Positions 21,722 to 32,828 of a DNA stretch of 64,000 bases are shown piece by piece (positions within the stretch are counted from its first letter, which is position 1; every line of letters begins with the position of its first letter). The DNA comes from a virus (Duplodnaviria; Caudoviricetes). The notes beneath the pieces are model-generated. The model saw only the letters and a program-made list of their open reading frames with translations. It was not told where the DNA came from and made no database searches. Position numbers and translations under genes: made by a program. The stretch lies in IMG/VR virus record IMGVR_UViG_3300013426_000018, positions 32,001 through 96,000 of that record; one strand, 5' to 3'.

Positions 21722-21843
21722 CATTCTAACTAAACTAAGAAGTAAACAAAACGGGGAAGCTTTTAACTTCCCCTTAATTCTAAACGTCTCTCTTTTAACA
21801 AAGAGAGACTTAACTAATACTCTCGCGTATCAAATCTTCTCCT

Positions 21844-22533
21844 TTACCAAGCTGACCGCACATAAACCGGCACTTTCATTGGCCAAATACCTGTATCATT
21901 CTAATAAGCTTTTAATCCTTCTAAAAAGCTATGATATCTTATTTGCCCTACTTTTTCATACGCTTCCTATTGGGTATATTCTCCTTCTTTCTACTTAGCC
22001 CAAATATCAGCTTCCTAATCAATAGAATTCTATGTTTCAAAATATGATTTTAATTCATCAATTTCTTTTTTAGTCATTAAAACATATTTATTACGCAGTT
22101 TATCTAAATAACACCATCTATAATCATCCTTAACGTAATAACCTATATTAACTAAATCTTTTAGCTATTCCCGCACATATACTTTTAAAGTTGATAATTG
22201 TAAGTCTAATGCCTATATTTCACCATCAACCATAATAATACGAGCAATATTAGATCCAGTTTGTCTGGGATCAAAATGAATAGTTGATTTAATATGTGAA
22301 GCAATAGTATTATTCTTTTGGAGTTTTGTATATTCCTTAAGAGAAAGATAAGTGCCTTTTTCTTCTGTAAATATATAATAAACACCATTATTTCCTTTAT
22401 GAATTATTTTAAATTCATAAAAACGTTTTAAATGTTCTTCATATCTATCTCGAACCTTTCTAAGCTAATTATAACTAATATTAAGTTCTTGCGCAAGAGC
22501 TTTAGTAGAATACTTTTTATTTAGTTCTATCAT
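21844..22533 (-). CDS. HTH-containing protein, 229 aa, multiple TAG (missed by the ORF track)
   Basis: MIELNKKYSTKALAQELNISYN(Q)LRK...IWPMKVPVYVRSAW*; GGAAGGA RBS. Confidence 0.75.
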
Positions 22534-22594
22534 TCTTTCATTTCCTTCCTATAAGATAATAAATTAATAAAGACAACGTTGTCAGTTTAATTAT

Positions 22595-22788
22595 TCCAAT
22601 AGTCAGTGAAAAAAGAAATAATATTATGATAGAACTTTGTCCTAGGAGAAAAGAAATATACGTTGTTACCTTTTTTTTCGCATTGTATTTATCTTCTATC
22701 GCAAAAAAAAGGTAACAACGTAAATGAATTAGTCAACAGCTGTTACTTTATTCATCCAATAGCCAGTGAAAAAAGAAATAATATTATG
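22595..22788. repeat. 34-bp direct repeat pair flanking a perfect 20-bp inverted repeat
   Basis: TCCAATAG(T/C)CAGTGAAAAAAGAAATAATATTATG at 22595 and 22755; IR TACGTTGTTACCTTTTTTTT at 22659-22678 / 22703-22722. Confidence 0.9.
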
Positions 22789-23000
22789 TGTAGGGCCTAC
22801 CCCCATATATTATAGCATAAATTTTAATTAAAAGCAAATAGGTAAAATATTTGACTATAAAATAGGCAAAATTATACCAGTCCAAAAGGGTAAAAAAGTA
22901 GTAGTTCAAAAATTATTAAATTGCTTGACATAGTTAAACGGTTAATATTTAAGGGAGTCAAGGTTGAATTAATTAAAAATTTTTGACACACCAACTCAGG

Positions 23001-23097
23001 TATTTTAAACTATTTTAAACTATTTTAAACTATTTTAAACTATTTTAAACTATTTTAAACTATTTTTAACTATTTTTAACTATTTTTAACTATTTTT
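23001..23097. repeat. 10-bp AT-rich tandem array
   Basis: TATTTTAAAC x6, then TATTTTTAAC x3 plus a partial copy. Confidence 0.95.
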
Positions 23098-23670
23098 ATT
23101 TTTAGGGGTAGCATAGCTACCCTCTTATTTTACCAATTTACCTCATCAACTAATTTAGTCCTCTTCTTTGGATAGAACCCCAATTTCTCAATAACCATAC
23201 TGTTTGCGTTTTACTCTACTAGCATAGTTTTTAGTAGTATTAAGATTCACCTAAGCTTTCACTTCTGGTACATTATAATAAATCTCACTGCCAACTCTCG
23301 AGCAAGTATCAATTCTTAATTTAGTAAATTTTTCATTTACTAATTTATTGTCTTTAGTTTTTATAATACCCCATCTTTTGGGAACTTCTTCCTTCAAAAT
23401 GATAATCGGCATAACTTTTTAATATTTCAAATTTCTTTTCTCGAGCAGACTTTTGGCCTTTAGAGATAGTTTGGGCCGATTTAGTAGTACTTCGTGCGAC
23501 TAAACGTCCCCGTAGGAAAAAGATTCGTTCTACGAACGGACTTTTAACATAAAACGCAGACTAAGCCAAAAATTAGTTGGAGCTTCGCTCTTACTATCCC
23601 CAGCCTTGATTTTACCAAAAAAATATATTATAATATAAATAAACTAAAAAGAAAGAAGGTTCCCATTCCT

Positions 23671-24096
23671 ATGAATAAATTTTAGCCCTCCCGCATTCTA
23701 TTCTACATCTTATCCTTCTCCTGGGGCATAATCCTCTCCTCTCTAGGAGCCATTGCCTTTCTGGCACTCCGCATCCTAGGCGTCCCTTGGGCGCCTAATC
23801 AATACGGCTATGTAACTTATCTAGGTAAACCCAATTGGGGCGGTTTTACTTTAGGCCCTTTTTCCTTCGTTTGCCCAAACGCTACCCAAGACCTCCTCAC
23901 TCACGAAGCCGGTCATTCCTACCAGAACATGGCCTACGGCCCCATAATGGTGATACTGACACTAGTCAGCATCTTTCACTATTGGATCAGTTGTTTTGTG
24001 CCGAAAGTACAAAACAACTATTATGACTTTTGGCTAGAAGCTGATGCCTCTAAATGGGGAAAGAACATGGGAAGCTTCGCTTCCCCAAAAAAGTAA
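23671..24096 (+). CDS. Membrane HExxH zinc-metallopeptidase-like protein (TAG at codon 5; missed by the ORF track)
   Basis: MNKF(Q)PSRILFYILSFSWG..WGGFTLG..LLTHEAGHSYQ..YYDFWLEADA. Confidence 0.75.
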
Positions 24097-24223
24097 AATA
24101 TGGGAAGCTTCGCTTCCCCAAAAAAATTTTTACTTTATAAAAATTTTATGATATAATATATATAGAAAAAGTTAAGGGAGCTTTGCTCCCTTAAAAAAAG
24201 TTGAAGTAAAAGACCTCCCCAGT

Positions 24224-24747
24224 AGATGCGGTCAATTTACTAACTCCACTATTGGTAATAATCCCTTTGCGGAAGCTATTAAAGACAATTGCCCAAACAC
24301 GCAAGTCTTAGGTATTAGTGAAATAGATGCCCGTCCTCTTAAAGCCTATGAAGTTTTACATGGTCCCCCTAATAATAAACGAATCATATTTAGTAGATTC
24401 TTCTCCGCTTGCCGATATATCTTCTCCTTGTTATACAGCTTCTAAAAAGTTAGCTGATTATAAATCAGGAGGGCAAGGCAACCGCATTTGCCCAAGGTGT
24501 TACTTTAACTGCTTCTGGAGGAGGACATGCGGGATCAAGTGGCGGTCTTTATTTGCGGGAAGGAAATATTTATAAACTTTTTCCAATAGAAATGTGTAAA
24601 GTTATGGGCTGGACTAAAGAAGAAGCTGGAAAAATCTGTTCAGTCCTTTCTCCTCGTGAAGTAGGATTTTGTTTAGGCAATGCTATTGATAGGACAGTTC
24701 TATCAATTTTAGCTAAATCAATAATTGAACAATATAATTTAAATTAA
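24224..24747 (+). pseudogene. Degenerate C5-cytosine DNA methyltransferase remnant
   Basis: N-terminal-like VLGISEIDARPLKAYEVLHG and C-terminal-like YKLFPIEMCKVMGW..LGNAI lie in different frames; no PCQ catalytic motif. Confidence 0.55.
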
Positions 24748-24765
24748 AAAAGGAGTAATTATTAT

Positions 24766-25257
24766 ATGATTTACGATTTTAATGACTTGGAAGCTATGCT
24801 GCGTAATGGTGCTTCTGATGCTGAAATTGCTGAAGCTTTTGCGGAGAACCTTAATCTAGCAAGAGCCGCAGAAGATAAGAGAAAGGCAGAAGAAGAAAAG
24901 AAAGCAAAGGAAGAAGCTGCTAAGGCTGAGGAAGAGAAGCTCAACAAGGAAGCATCTATGCAACTTGCTACTAATGCCGCTGTTGCCCTTAACGCTCTCC
25001 TTATCCATGAAGGCATTTTGCGTGAAGGGGAAGCTTGTTTCCTTCCTGAAGATCTACTCGCCACTATTAGCGATGCCCGCAAGGAAACTGCAAATATTCG
25101 CTCTCTCATCGACTCTGTCGCTGATCTATGGGACACTTTGGGCCTGGGAAGTAAAGCTCCCAAGTGCGAAAAGCCTACTAAGGTAAAGACAAAGATCAAT
25201 GAGGATCTCTCTGACGAAGATATCTTTAATGAACTTTTTAATAAGCTGTTCAAGTGA
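24766..25257 (+). CDS. Hypothetical coiled-coil protein
   Basis: AAGGAG RBS; K/E/A-rich helix. Confidence 0.8.
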   Translation: MIYDFNDLEAMLRNGASDAEIAEAFAENLNLARAAEDKRKAEEEKKAKEEAAKAEEEKLNKEASMQLATNAAVALNALLIHEGILREGEACFLPEDLLATISDARKETANIRSLIDSVADLWDTLGLGSKAPKCEKPTKVKTKINEDLSDEDIFNELFNKLFK

Positions 25258-25332
25258 TAGGGAGTAAAGCTACAGAAGAACAATCCACTTACATCACAGA
25301 ACACTCTGCTATGTCTCCTGGAGGTAATTAAA

Positions 25333-26874
25333 TTGGAACCATTTGAAGTACTATCAGAAACTGATAAAAAAATTTTTCTCCAATATATCAAAGATTTTGG
25401 AGATGCAAAACCCGAAGCTCCTCTCTCTACAATTCTTCGCTTCTGGAATACAAATAAGCAATTTCTCTTCGATGCTTTTGGTCAGAAGCTTATTCTAGAA
25501 AAAGAGATCCAAGTGCGGAAAACCAATGATGAAATTATCGGAAGTTGGAATGATGCTCCAATTTCTCAGCAAAAAGCTTATGAGGACATTGTTTCTGGCT
25601 TACGGACCAAAGCTGAGGAACTTTTTCCAATTCGCCCTGATGAGGCCCGCACAGCTCAATCTTTTGGGTATATTCCTTCACATCCTAATGAATATTATCT
25701 CTTAAGCGATAGATTTCTTACTCGTTCCAATTTTGTTACAAATACTTACTCTGAGGAAACCTTTTATATTCCTACTCGAAACGGCAAACGTATTAAAGTC
25801 CAAAAGGGATGTCATCTTATGCCTACTCTTCGTAAAATTTGTCATGAATTTGGCATCCCCGAAGAGACATATGAAAGCGTGCGTCTCTTCCAGTCTCAGC
25901 TTACTAATAATGCCTATGCTTATGGAACTCTTTGCCTTTCTATTGCCCCCATTGACTTTCTCACTATGAGTGATAATGATTGCAACTGGAATAGTTGTAT
26001 GAGTTGGGTCGATCATACGGGTGAGTATCGGCAGGGCACTATCGAGATGATGAATAGTTCCTGCGTGCTTGTTGCGTATCTTAAATCAGACACTCCTTAT
26101 ATACTTTGGAGCAATAGTCAACCAACCCTTTCTAATAAGAAATGGCGTCAGCTAGTTATTGCCAATAGAGATATCATCTTAGGCAACCGCCATTATCCCT
26201 ATCAATATCCTGACCTAGAAGCTCAAATTCTCTCTTGGGTGCGGGAGTTGTTAGGAGGAGATGAACAATTCTCTTCAATCATTTTACCTATTTGCAATCT
26301 TCTTCATAAGGACAACAACCCAGGAGGCTATGATTACATTTGGGATTTTGAAACCGTTCATATGTATAATGATATTTATGAATGGCGAAATGCTTATCTC
26401 TCTAATAACTTTTTCACTAATTATCCTAAAGAATATTCCCTTAACTTCAGTGGAGAAGCTGAATGTATGTCTTGTGGAGAAGTTATTTACGGTAGTGAAT
26501 TTGATACTAGCTGGGTTAAGTGTATTGATTGTAATAGAGCTTTAATATGTAATAATTGCGGAAGTTTTATTCTTCCCGAGTGTGATGATTACTATACTAA
26601 TGATAATGAGGAAGTCTTTTGTTGTTATTGCGTCCAAAATAGCAATGAAATTTGTATTTGTCCTTGTTGCCAACAGCCCTATTATGATTCCGATCTAGAA
26701 ACTATTGAATATCTAGCGAATGATTCTCTCTATAATCATTTCATCTCTGCTTGTTCTAATTGTTTTCCTGCTTTTGGAGAATTTGGCCCCAAGGATGAAG
26801 ATGGGACTTATAACGCTAAAAACTTTACAACTATCGCAATTGATTTCTGCAATGATTGCGGGGAATATGCTTAA
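25333..26874 (+). CDS. Large phage protein with C-terminal multi-Zn ribbon
   Basis: Motif LCLSIAPIDFLTMSDNDCNWNSCM..KKWRQL..GNRHYPY and repeated CxxC; GGAGG RBS with TTG start. Confidence 0.8.
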   Translation: MEPFEVLSETDKKIFLQYIKDFGDAKPEAPLSTILRFWNTNKQFLFDAFGQKLILEKEIQVRKTNDEIIGSWNDAPISQQKAYEDIVSGLRTKAEELFPIRPDEARTAQSFGYIPSHPNEYYLLSDRFLTRSNFVTNTYSEETFYIPTRNGKRIKVQKGCHLMPTLRKICHEFGIPEETYESVRLFQSQLTNNAYAYGTLCLSIAPIDFLTMSDNDCNWNSCMSWVDHTGEYRQGTIEMMNSSCVLVAYLKSDTPYILWSNSQPTLSNKKWRQLVIANRDIILGNRHYPYQYPDLEAQILSWVRELLGGDEQFSSIILPICNLLHKDNNPGGYDYIWDFETVHMYNDIYEWRNAYLSNNFFTNYPKEYSLNFSGEAECMSCGEVIYGSEFDTSWVKCIDCNRALICNNCGSFILPECDDYYTNDNEEVFCCYCVQNSNEICICPCCQQPYYDSDLETIEYLANDSLYNHFISACSNCFPAFGEFGPKDEDGTYNAKNFTTIAIDFCNDCGEYA

Positions 26875-26889
26875 AAAAAGGAGAATAAT

Positions 26890-27711
26890 ATGGAAGATAG
26901 CCTTCAACAATACCTAAGAGAGATATCTCAATATCCCCTATTGACTCCAATAGAAGAATAGGAATTGACTCAAAAAACCTTCTTGGGCGATGATAAGGCA
27001 CGCCAATGTCTTATCAATTCTAATCTGCGTTTAGTAGTATCTATCGCACGAGCTTATCGTAATTGCGGACTTCCTTTCATCGACTTAATTCAAGAAGGCA
27101 ATCTTGGTCTTATTAAAGCCGTTGATTCTTTTGATCCTTCTCTAGGGACGCATTTTTCAACATATGCTACTAGTTGGATTCGTCAAAAGATTGGACGAGC
27201 ATTAAGTAATGATTCCCGCAATATTCGGATTCCCGCCCATTTAGCCGAGCTACAATCTACTCTTAAAAATGTGTCTTCTAAAGTATTAGCTTCTACCGGC
27301 AAAGAACCCACTAATAAAGAATTAGCGGTTTTGCTCAATTTAGATACTAAAAAAGTCACAGAAGTGTTAAATTGTGATCACGCAATTACATCTCTTGATA
27401 CTCCTGTGGGTATCGATGAAGAAACAACGGTCGGTGATTTAATTCCCGATTCTTTCATCGATGTAGCTAAAACGGTAGAGGAAAAGATTGACGGAGAAAT
27501 CATTAACTCAGTAGTCGATACTCTTTCTCCAAGAGAAAAAGAAGTAATCAATCGTCGTTTCGGATTGCGGGGACAGATGCCCGCAACTCTTGAAGCTATT
27601 GGGCGAGATTTAGGTCTATCTAAAGAACGAGTGCGTCAATGCCAATCTACGGCTTTACGCAAATTGCGTCATCCTTGCCGTAGTAATATTTTAAAGGATT
27701 GTATGTTATGA
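26890..27711 (+). CDS. RpoD/SigA-like RNA polymerase sigma factor with a single in-frame TAG at codon 24
   Basis: Region 1.2 MEDSLQQYLREISQYPLLTPIEE(Q)EL; region 2 NLRLVVSIA..DLIQEGNLGLIKAV..FSTYATSWIRQ; region 4 TLEAIGRDLGLSKERVRQ..ALRKLRHP. Confidence 0.95.
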
Positions 27712-27883
27712 AATATGAAAAATGTGAAGGTGCGTGCGATTATTGCTTCTACGCCAAAAGGAATAAAAAGAAAGAGATAATCGGGTGTGCCTTTGAACCA
27801 CCTAATGACTTGCGAAATGATTTAGCGATTAACCATCATTATTGTCGGCATTTTATGTGCGAGTACGCTAAAGGAGAAAACCA

Positions 27884-28255
27884 ATGCCAAAAAAGACAGT
27901 AAAAACTTGGGATGAAACTGAGCTTTACCTCATTCTTTTTCTTTTGGAATTGGTATTTGGTTACATCCTAAAAAATCTTAATGTTTTTCTAATGCTAATT
28001 CTTTGTATTATCACATCTCCTGGCTGGCTTCTCCTATCTTCTTATATTTGTATGGTAACTCCTGCCTTCCATTTGCGGTCATTTGATCTATTTCTAGTCC
28101 AACATATCCCCGATGATGAGTTTTTTGGGATTCTTCTTCACGATGATAATGGATATCTTATTTACCATTTGAATGATAAGAGTGCGGTTAGCACCTGGCT
28201 TATTGATCACCCCATTAAAGATAAAGGAGTCATTGATATATGGAACAGCATTTAA
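27884..28255 (+). CDS. Hypothetical membrane protein
   Basis: AAGGAG RBS; N-terminal hydrophobic segments. Confidence 0.65.
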   Translation: MPKKTVKTWDETELYLILFLLELVFGYILKNLNVFLMLILCIITSPGWLLLSSYICMVTPAFHLRSFDLFLVQHIPDDEFFGILLHDDNGYLIYHLNDKSAVSTWLIDHPIKDKGVIDIWNSI

Positions 28256-28659
28256 CAAAATTGACCATTGCGGAACCTATTGCTGGCTGGTCCTCTCTTA
28301 AATTGGATAATGATGTTTATGAAGTATCTTACTCTACTAATGCGGGAGTAGATTTTTTAAAAACAGTTTATAAAAATTATATAGACAAGAAAAATGGCAA
28401 TATCTTTGCTATGATATTCGATGCCGAAGAAGTAGGTTGCTTCTATCTTATTCTATGCAATAGATACTTAACCGTATGTTCTGCTGATGATAACTTTGTT
28501 AGACATTATCTTTTTGACAGTGCTAAAGAAATTATGCGTCAGGTATATGCCTCAATTGCCCCATACGCAGATGCTTGGGCACATTTTTTCTATGATGAGA
28601 ATAAAAATTCTATAGAAGAGATTAATACTTTACTCAATCTAATCAAGGAGGAGCTTTAA
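28240..28659 (+). CDS. Hypothetical protein
   Basis: AAGGAG RBS; operon context. Confidence 0.7.
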   Translation: MEQHLTKLTIAEPIAGWSSLKLDNDVYEVSYSTNAGVDFLKTVYKNYIDKKNGNIFAMIFDAEEVGCFYLILCNRYLTVCSADDNFVRHYLFDSAKEIMRQVYASIAPYADAWAHFFYDENKNSIEEINTLLNLIKEEL

Positions 28660-28660
28660 T

Positions 28661-28996
28661 ATGAGCGACTTGTATAAGTTTGAAACTTATAGGGAAGAAA
28701 TATGTGGAGAATGCTTATTTGCCACTTGTGACACTTGTCCAGTTGAACAAACTTATCGAAAACTTCTCGATGAAGAATACGGAGAAGATTTTCATACTCC
28801 TATGACAGTTCATTCTGTTGATTCTAAGCAGTTCCAAGAGAATCTTGAAAAATGGTTAGCTCGAAGGCATAGAAAGGGAGATTTCAAAGCTAAAGCTCGT
28901 AAGCAGAGAGTAATTCCTCGTAAAAAAGACACTGGTTATCTTAAAGATAATATGAGCACAACTAGAAGAAAAATAAAAATGGGTTTTGGCTCGTAA
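28661..28996 (+). CDS. Hypothetical protein with CxxC
   Basis: GGAGGAG RBS; operon context. Confidence 0.7.
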   Translation: MSDLYKFETYREEICGECLFATCDTCPVEQTYRKLLDEEYGEDFHTPMTVHSVDSKQFQENLEKWLARRHRKGDFKAKARKQRVIPRKKDTGYLKDNMSTTRRKIKMGFGS

Positions 28997-29121
28997 GCCA
29001 AAGCCAAGAAAAGGATTACGAGTTTTATTCACCCTATGGACTAAATAAGACAATTTTATAATATCTTCTTTCTAAAAAATAGAAAGAAGATATTTTTTTT
29101 TATAGGAAGTGAAATATAAAA

Positions 29122-30705
29122 ATGAAATTTAATAGTGTAAACTATATAGACAATAAAACAACTATTACTGCAAGTAATCTTAATGATATCCAAAAGGCAA
29201 TACAAAAATTAGGATACTTAAAAGATTCTTATTCAAGAGTTTATTGTTGGGGAGATTCTCTGACTCAGGGTATTGGAGGAAATGCAGCTGGATGGCATTT
29301 AATTAGTTATCCCGCAGTCCTAAGTGAACGCATCGACACTGTTAATTTAGGTATCTTATCAGATGATATTCCTACCATAATGGCAAGAATGGGTTCTGAC
29401 CCAGCTCTTTTACCCGCAGTTACTATCCCGGCTTCTTCTTCTGAAAGTGTTGTCGTTGGAAGTGCTTCCTCAGGTTTTACAACGAAAAGTGGGCGAACCG
29501 CTAAATTGTTAAAATACGGCGACTCAGGCATTAATCCTTGTTATATCAATGATACTCCTTGTATACTTTTTAGAGATTATGACGCAACTGATATAGATAA
29601 TTAGAGCTTGCGTTTACGTCGACTTGAAGATGGAGAAGCTATTACTATTTCCGCAAAAACTCCTTTAGTAACCTATGCGGCCAAGCACTATCGGGATAAT
29701 GGCCTTCATATTTTCTGGATGGGTGCCAATGGTGGTTATGGAGATGATGCGGCACATAATAATTTAGCTTTTAGCGATTATGTAACTCAATTACAAAAGT
29801 GCGTTAATTATGTATTTCCGCAGGATTATTTAATTGTTTATAGTAGAGAAAGAAAAGGTTATGCCACTGATGAGAATGCGGAAATTGCTACTTTAAAAGC
29901 CCAATTCGGAGATCACTTTATTCATTTGGTTCCACAATTAAAAGACAGAGGATTACTATATGGCGAAACCGCTCAATGGGATGGCACTTTAACGAATGGG
30001 ATTCCAAATGTCTTGGACAGCGGTGATGGTTGTCACTTTAGTTTTTATGGTTATATGGCTATTGGCAAAATTATTTGGGAATACGTGCTAAAACGTATTC
30101 AAAAGGCAGAAGCAAGTGATGGAGCGATTGGTGATAGTGTGGGCGATTGGCTATATAAATTACCTGCTCCTGTTACTTTTGGAGATAATAGTTCCGCAAT
30201 TAATACTGGTTTTTAGCCATTCGCTTATGGAAAAGACACTTGGACTGTTGCGGTAAAGTACAAGGATGGCTTACAAGCCAAAGATTCTACTTAGTGGGGA
30301 ACCCTATTATTTAATGAAGTCGTTTCAGGAACTACTCAATTAAAAGTAGCAATTACATCTGCTTCACAATCTTATCCTAATAGCTCAATAATGATTAACG
30401 CAGGAGGAACTGCTTTTAATCCTTCTGATGCTTCATAGAATATTACCAAACTTTATGAAAATGGCTATCACACTTTAATTATTAGTAAAAATATAAATAA
30501 TTATACTATATATTTAGATAATAATAAAGTTTATAATAATTCTTTGAGTTACGCTCAATCCACTAACGGCAATTAGCCTCTTTATTTAGGTGGATGGAAT
30601 AGTGGCTGGGGCATGATAAAAGGAACTGTCTACGATTTAAGAATTTATAATGATTGCTTGACTGATTCTCAAGTGACCGCACTTAATGAGTTATTTAAAG
30701 AATAA
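29122..30705 (+). CDS. Virion-associated SGNH/GDSL esterase with C-terminal LamG-like domain, 527 aa, TAG=Gln
   Basis: Block I WGDSLT, block III WMGANG, block V DGCHF; C-terminal LYLGG..KGTVYDLRIYNDCL. Joins two track ORFs and continues across further TAGs. Confidence 0.85.
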
Positions 30706-31312
30706 AAAAAAATAAGGGGAAGATAATTAAGTCTTCCCCTTTTAATTTATTTAACTATATCAAAATCTGCTTGAGCAGAATCTACTGAGCCATATTTTTT
30801 ATCTAATCTAAGCATTGGCCTAACCCGCACAAATTTACCATTTTTATAAATATAAGCAACCATTTTTTTACCTTCATAAATGCCGCTACTTGTGGTAGTT
30901 ACTCCCGCAACAGCTTGTCCAATGGTTACTTCTTGAGTAGCGGTTTTATTTTTGTGAAGAATGTTAGGCTTACAAGCCACCCATTTAAACATTAAAATAA
31001 TTCCCTTCAATACTATCGGCAAGAGAATCAATTAATTCTTGATAGTAATTTTCAGAAGTTATTAATTCTTGTTGAATAGCTTGAATCTCTTGCCGCACTT
31101 CGGAGATTTCCAAAGTTAACTCCTTTATCATCTCTTCATGTTTGTTTACCAAGTCCATTATATTATAGTTATTACCTTGTTTCATAACCGTGGAAACTCC
31201 TTTCAATAAAGTAAAAATAGATTAGGAAGTTTTTTATTTTTCTTCCTAATCTATTTTAAAAATTATTTCTTTCAATTGTAAGGAGTTACCCAAATTTTTT
31301 ATAAAAATTTAA

Positions 31313-31480
31313 TTACTTAGTATCATCAGTGCCATAAACTTCGCTGACAAGACTAGAAAGCTCAATATACTCATCGTCTGTTAAACGATCAACAGAGTAA
31401 AAAACATCAAGTTTCTTTTGAGCAGCTTCCTTTGTCTTATAAAATTTTCTATTAATAAGAATTTTCATTGCATTATACAT
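31313..31480 (-). CDS. XkdX-like small tail-associated protein
   Basis: MYNAMKILINRKFY..KKLDVFYSVDRLTDDEYIEL; last gene of the tail-fibre cluster. Confidence 0.65.
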   Translation of the reverse strand: MYNAMKILINRKFYKTKEAAQKKLDVFYSVDRLTDDEYIELSSLVSEVYGTDDTK

Positions 31481-31499
31481 TTTATTTTCCTCCTATTAT

Positions 31500-32822
31500 T
31501 TACGTTCTTGCATTTCTTATAATGACTACACCAGAGCCACCATTTCCACCTGTGGTGATTGTATGGTCTCCTCCACCGCCGCCGCCACCAGTATTGGCTT
31601 CAGCATCAGCACTATAAGTAGTGACTGAGTAACTTTCGTCGCAATGACTTCTTCCCCAGCCAAAATGAGTTTCGTCACTAAGTCCCCAACAAGATTTAGA
31701 AGTCCCTTCAATCCATCGTTCTTCTCCTCCTGGGCAACATAACCAGCCCCATTTAATTCCAGCTGGATCACCGCCATTATAACCATCTCCACCACCGCCC
31801 CCTTGGGCGACATATTTTCCTGAATTAAATAATTGTATGCCAGGATCCCGAGTATCATTATCAATCCAATTGTGAAGATTACTCTCATGAAATTCGCCAT
31901 TAACATCAGTATAGCCATCTATATCATAAACATACTCATAGTTTAATAAAGAACATCCTGAACCAGAGCCACCTTGATAGTCGTGATAATCGCCCCTATT
32001 TTGTCCAAGAATCCCGTCTCCTCCTCCGGTGAAACTATCTACATCGGCGGTAACACCATTGTTACCTTTTTGGCCTCCTACAGCTGCCCAGCCAAAAGCA
32101 CCAGTATCACCACCATCTGCCTTTACTCCACCAGCTCCTATTATTATTGGGTATTCTATTGAAGCAGAAAACTCACCATCTACATACGTTATCCCTCCAG
32201 CTTGGCCTCCGCCACCACCATTACAATAAGTAGTATCTCCATAAGTTTTATTTACACCATTACCTCCAGCTCCTCCACCCCCAACTAGTATAGCTTCAAA
32301 ATATTTATTATCATCATAAAATCTATTAAAGGTAAGAGTCTAGCTATCTTTAATAACAATATTCCAGTCAGGTTCTTCATCAATATTAGTTATTAAAGTT
32401 TCTAAATCGTCTTTATAAGGGCCATAAATAATTCCAGTACTACTAATGTCTGGATAAGTTCTTCCATAAAAATTTATTGAAATTGTCATATCATCTTCTA
32501 AAAAAATTTCTTTTTCTATTGTCTTAATTAAATTAGAAGAAGATATTGCTCCTTTATACTTACTGATTTTAATATAATATTTCCTTCCAGTTTCCAAAGA
32601 AAACACTTTATCATCAAAAATAGTTACTTTTCCTGAATCATCTAAACGTTTAGTGGTATTAAAAGATTCAATACTTTTTTGATATATTGGTCCTCCTTCT
32701 GAGTCAGGAGTATATATAAGACCCCAATAAGAATAAGTAATAGCACTTTCTGAATAGTAATCTTCTGAATTGATGATTAGTTTTTTAAAATTTAAATTAG
32801 CATTTGTTCTTCCTATTGCCAT
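31500..32822 (-). CDS. Glycine-rich-domain tail fibre / receptor-binding protein, 440 aa, TAG=Gln
   Basis: Continuation past the TAG gives ILVGGGGAGG..GGGGG..IGAGG..ANTGGGGGG..GGNGGSGVVIIR. Confidence 0.8.
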
Positions 32823-32828
32823 AATTAA

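Noticed and set aside
24771-25391. 206-aa minus-strand ORF
   Set aside because: Ser/Leu-rich mirror of the K/E/A-rich plus-strand gene.
31526-31918. Track ORF resembling a membrane protein
   Set aside because: Alternative frame inside the Gly-rich tail protein that spans 32822-31500 in code 15.
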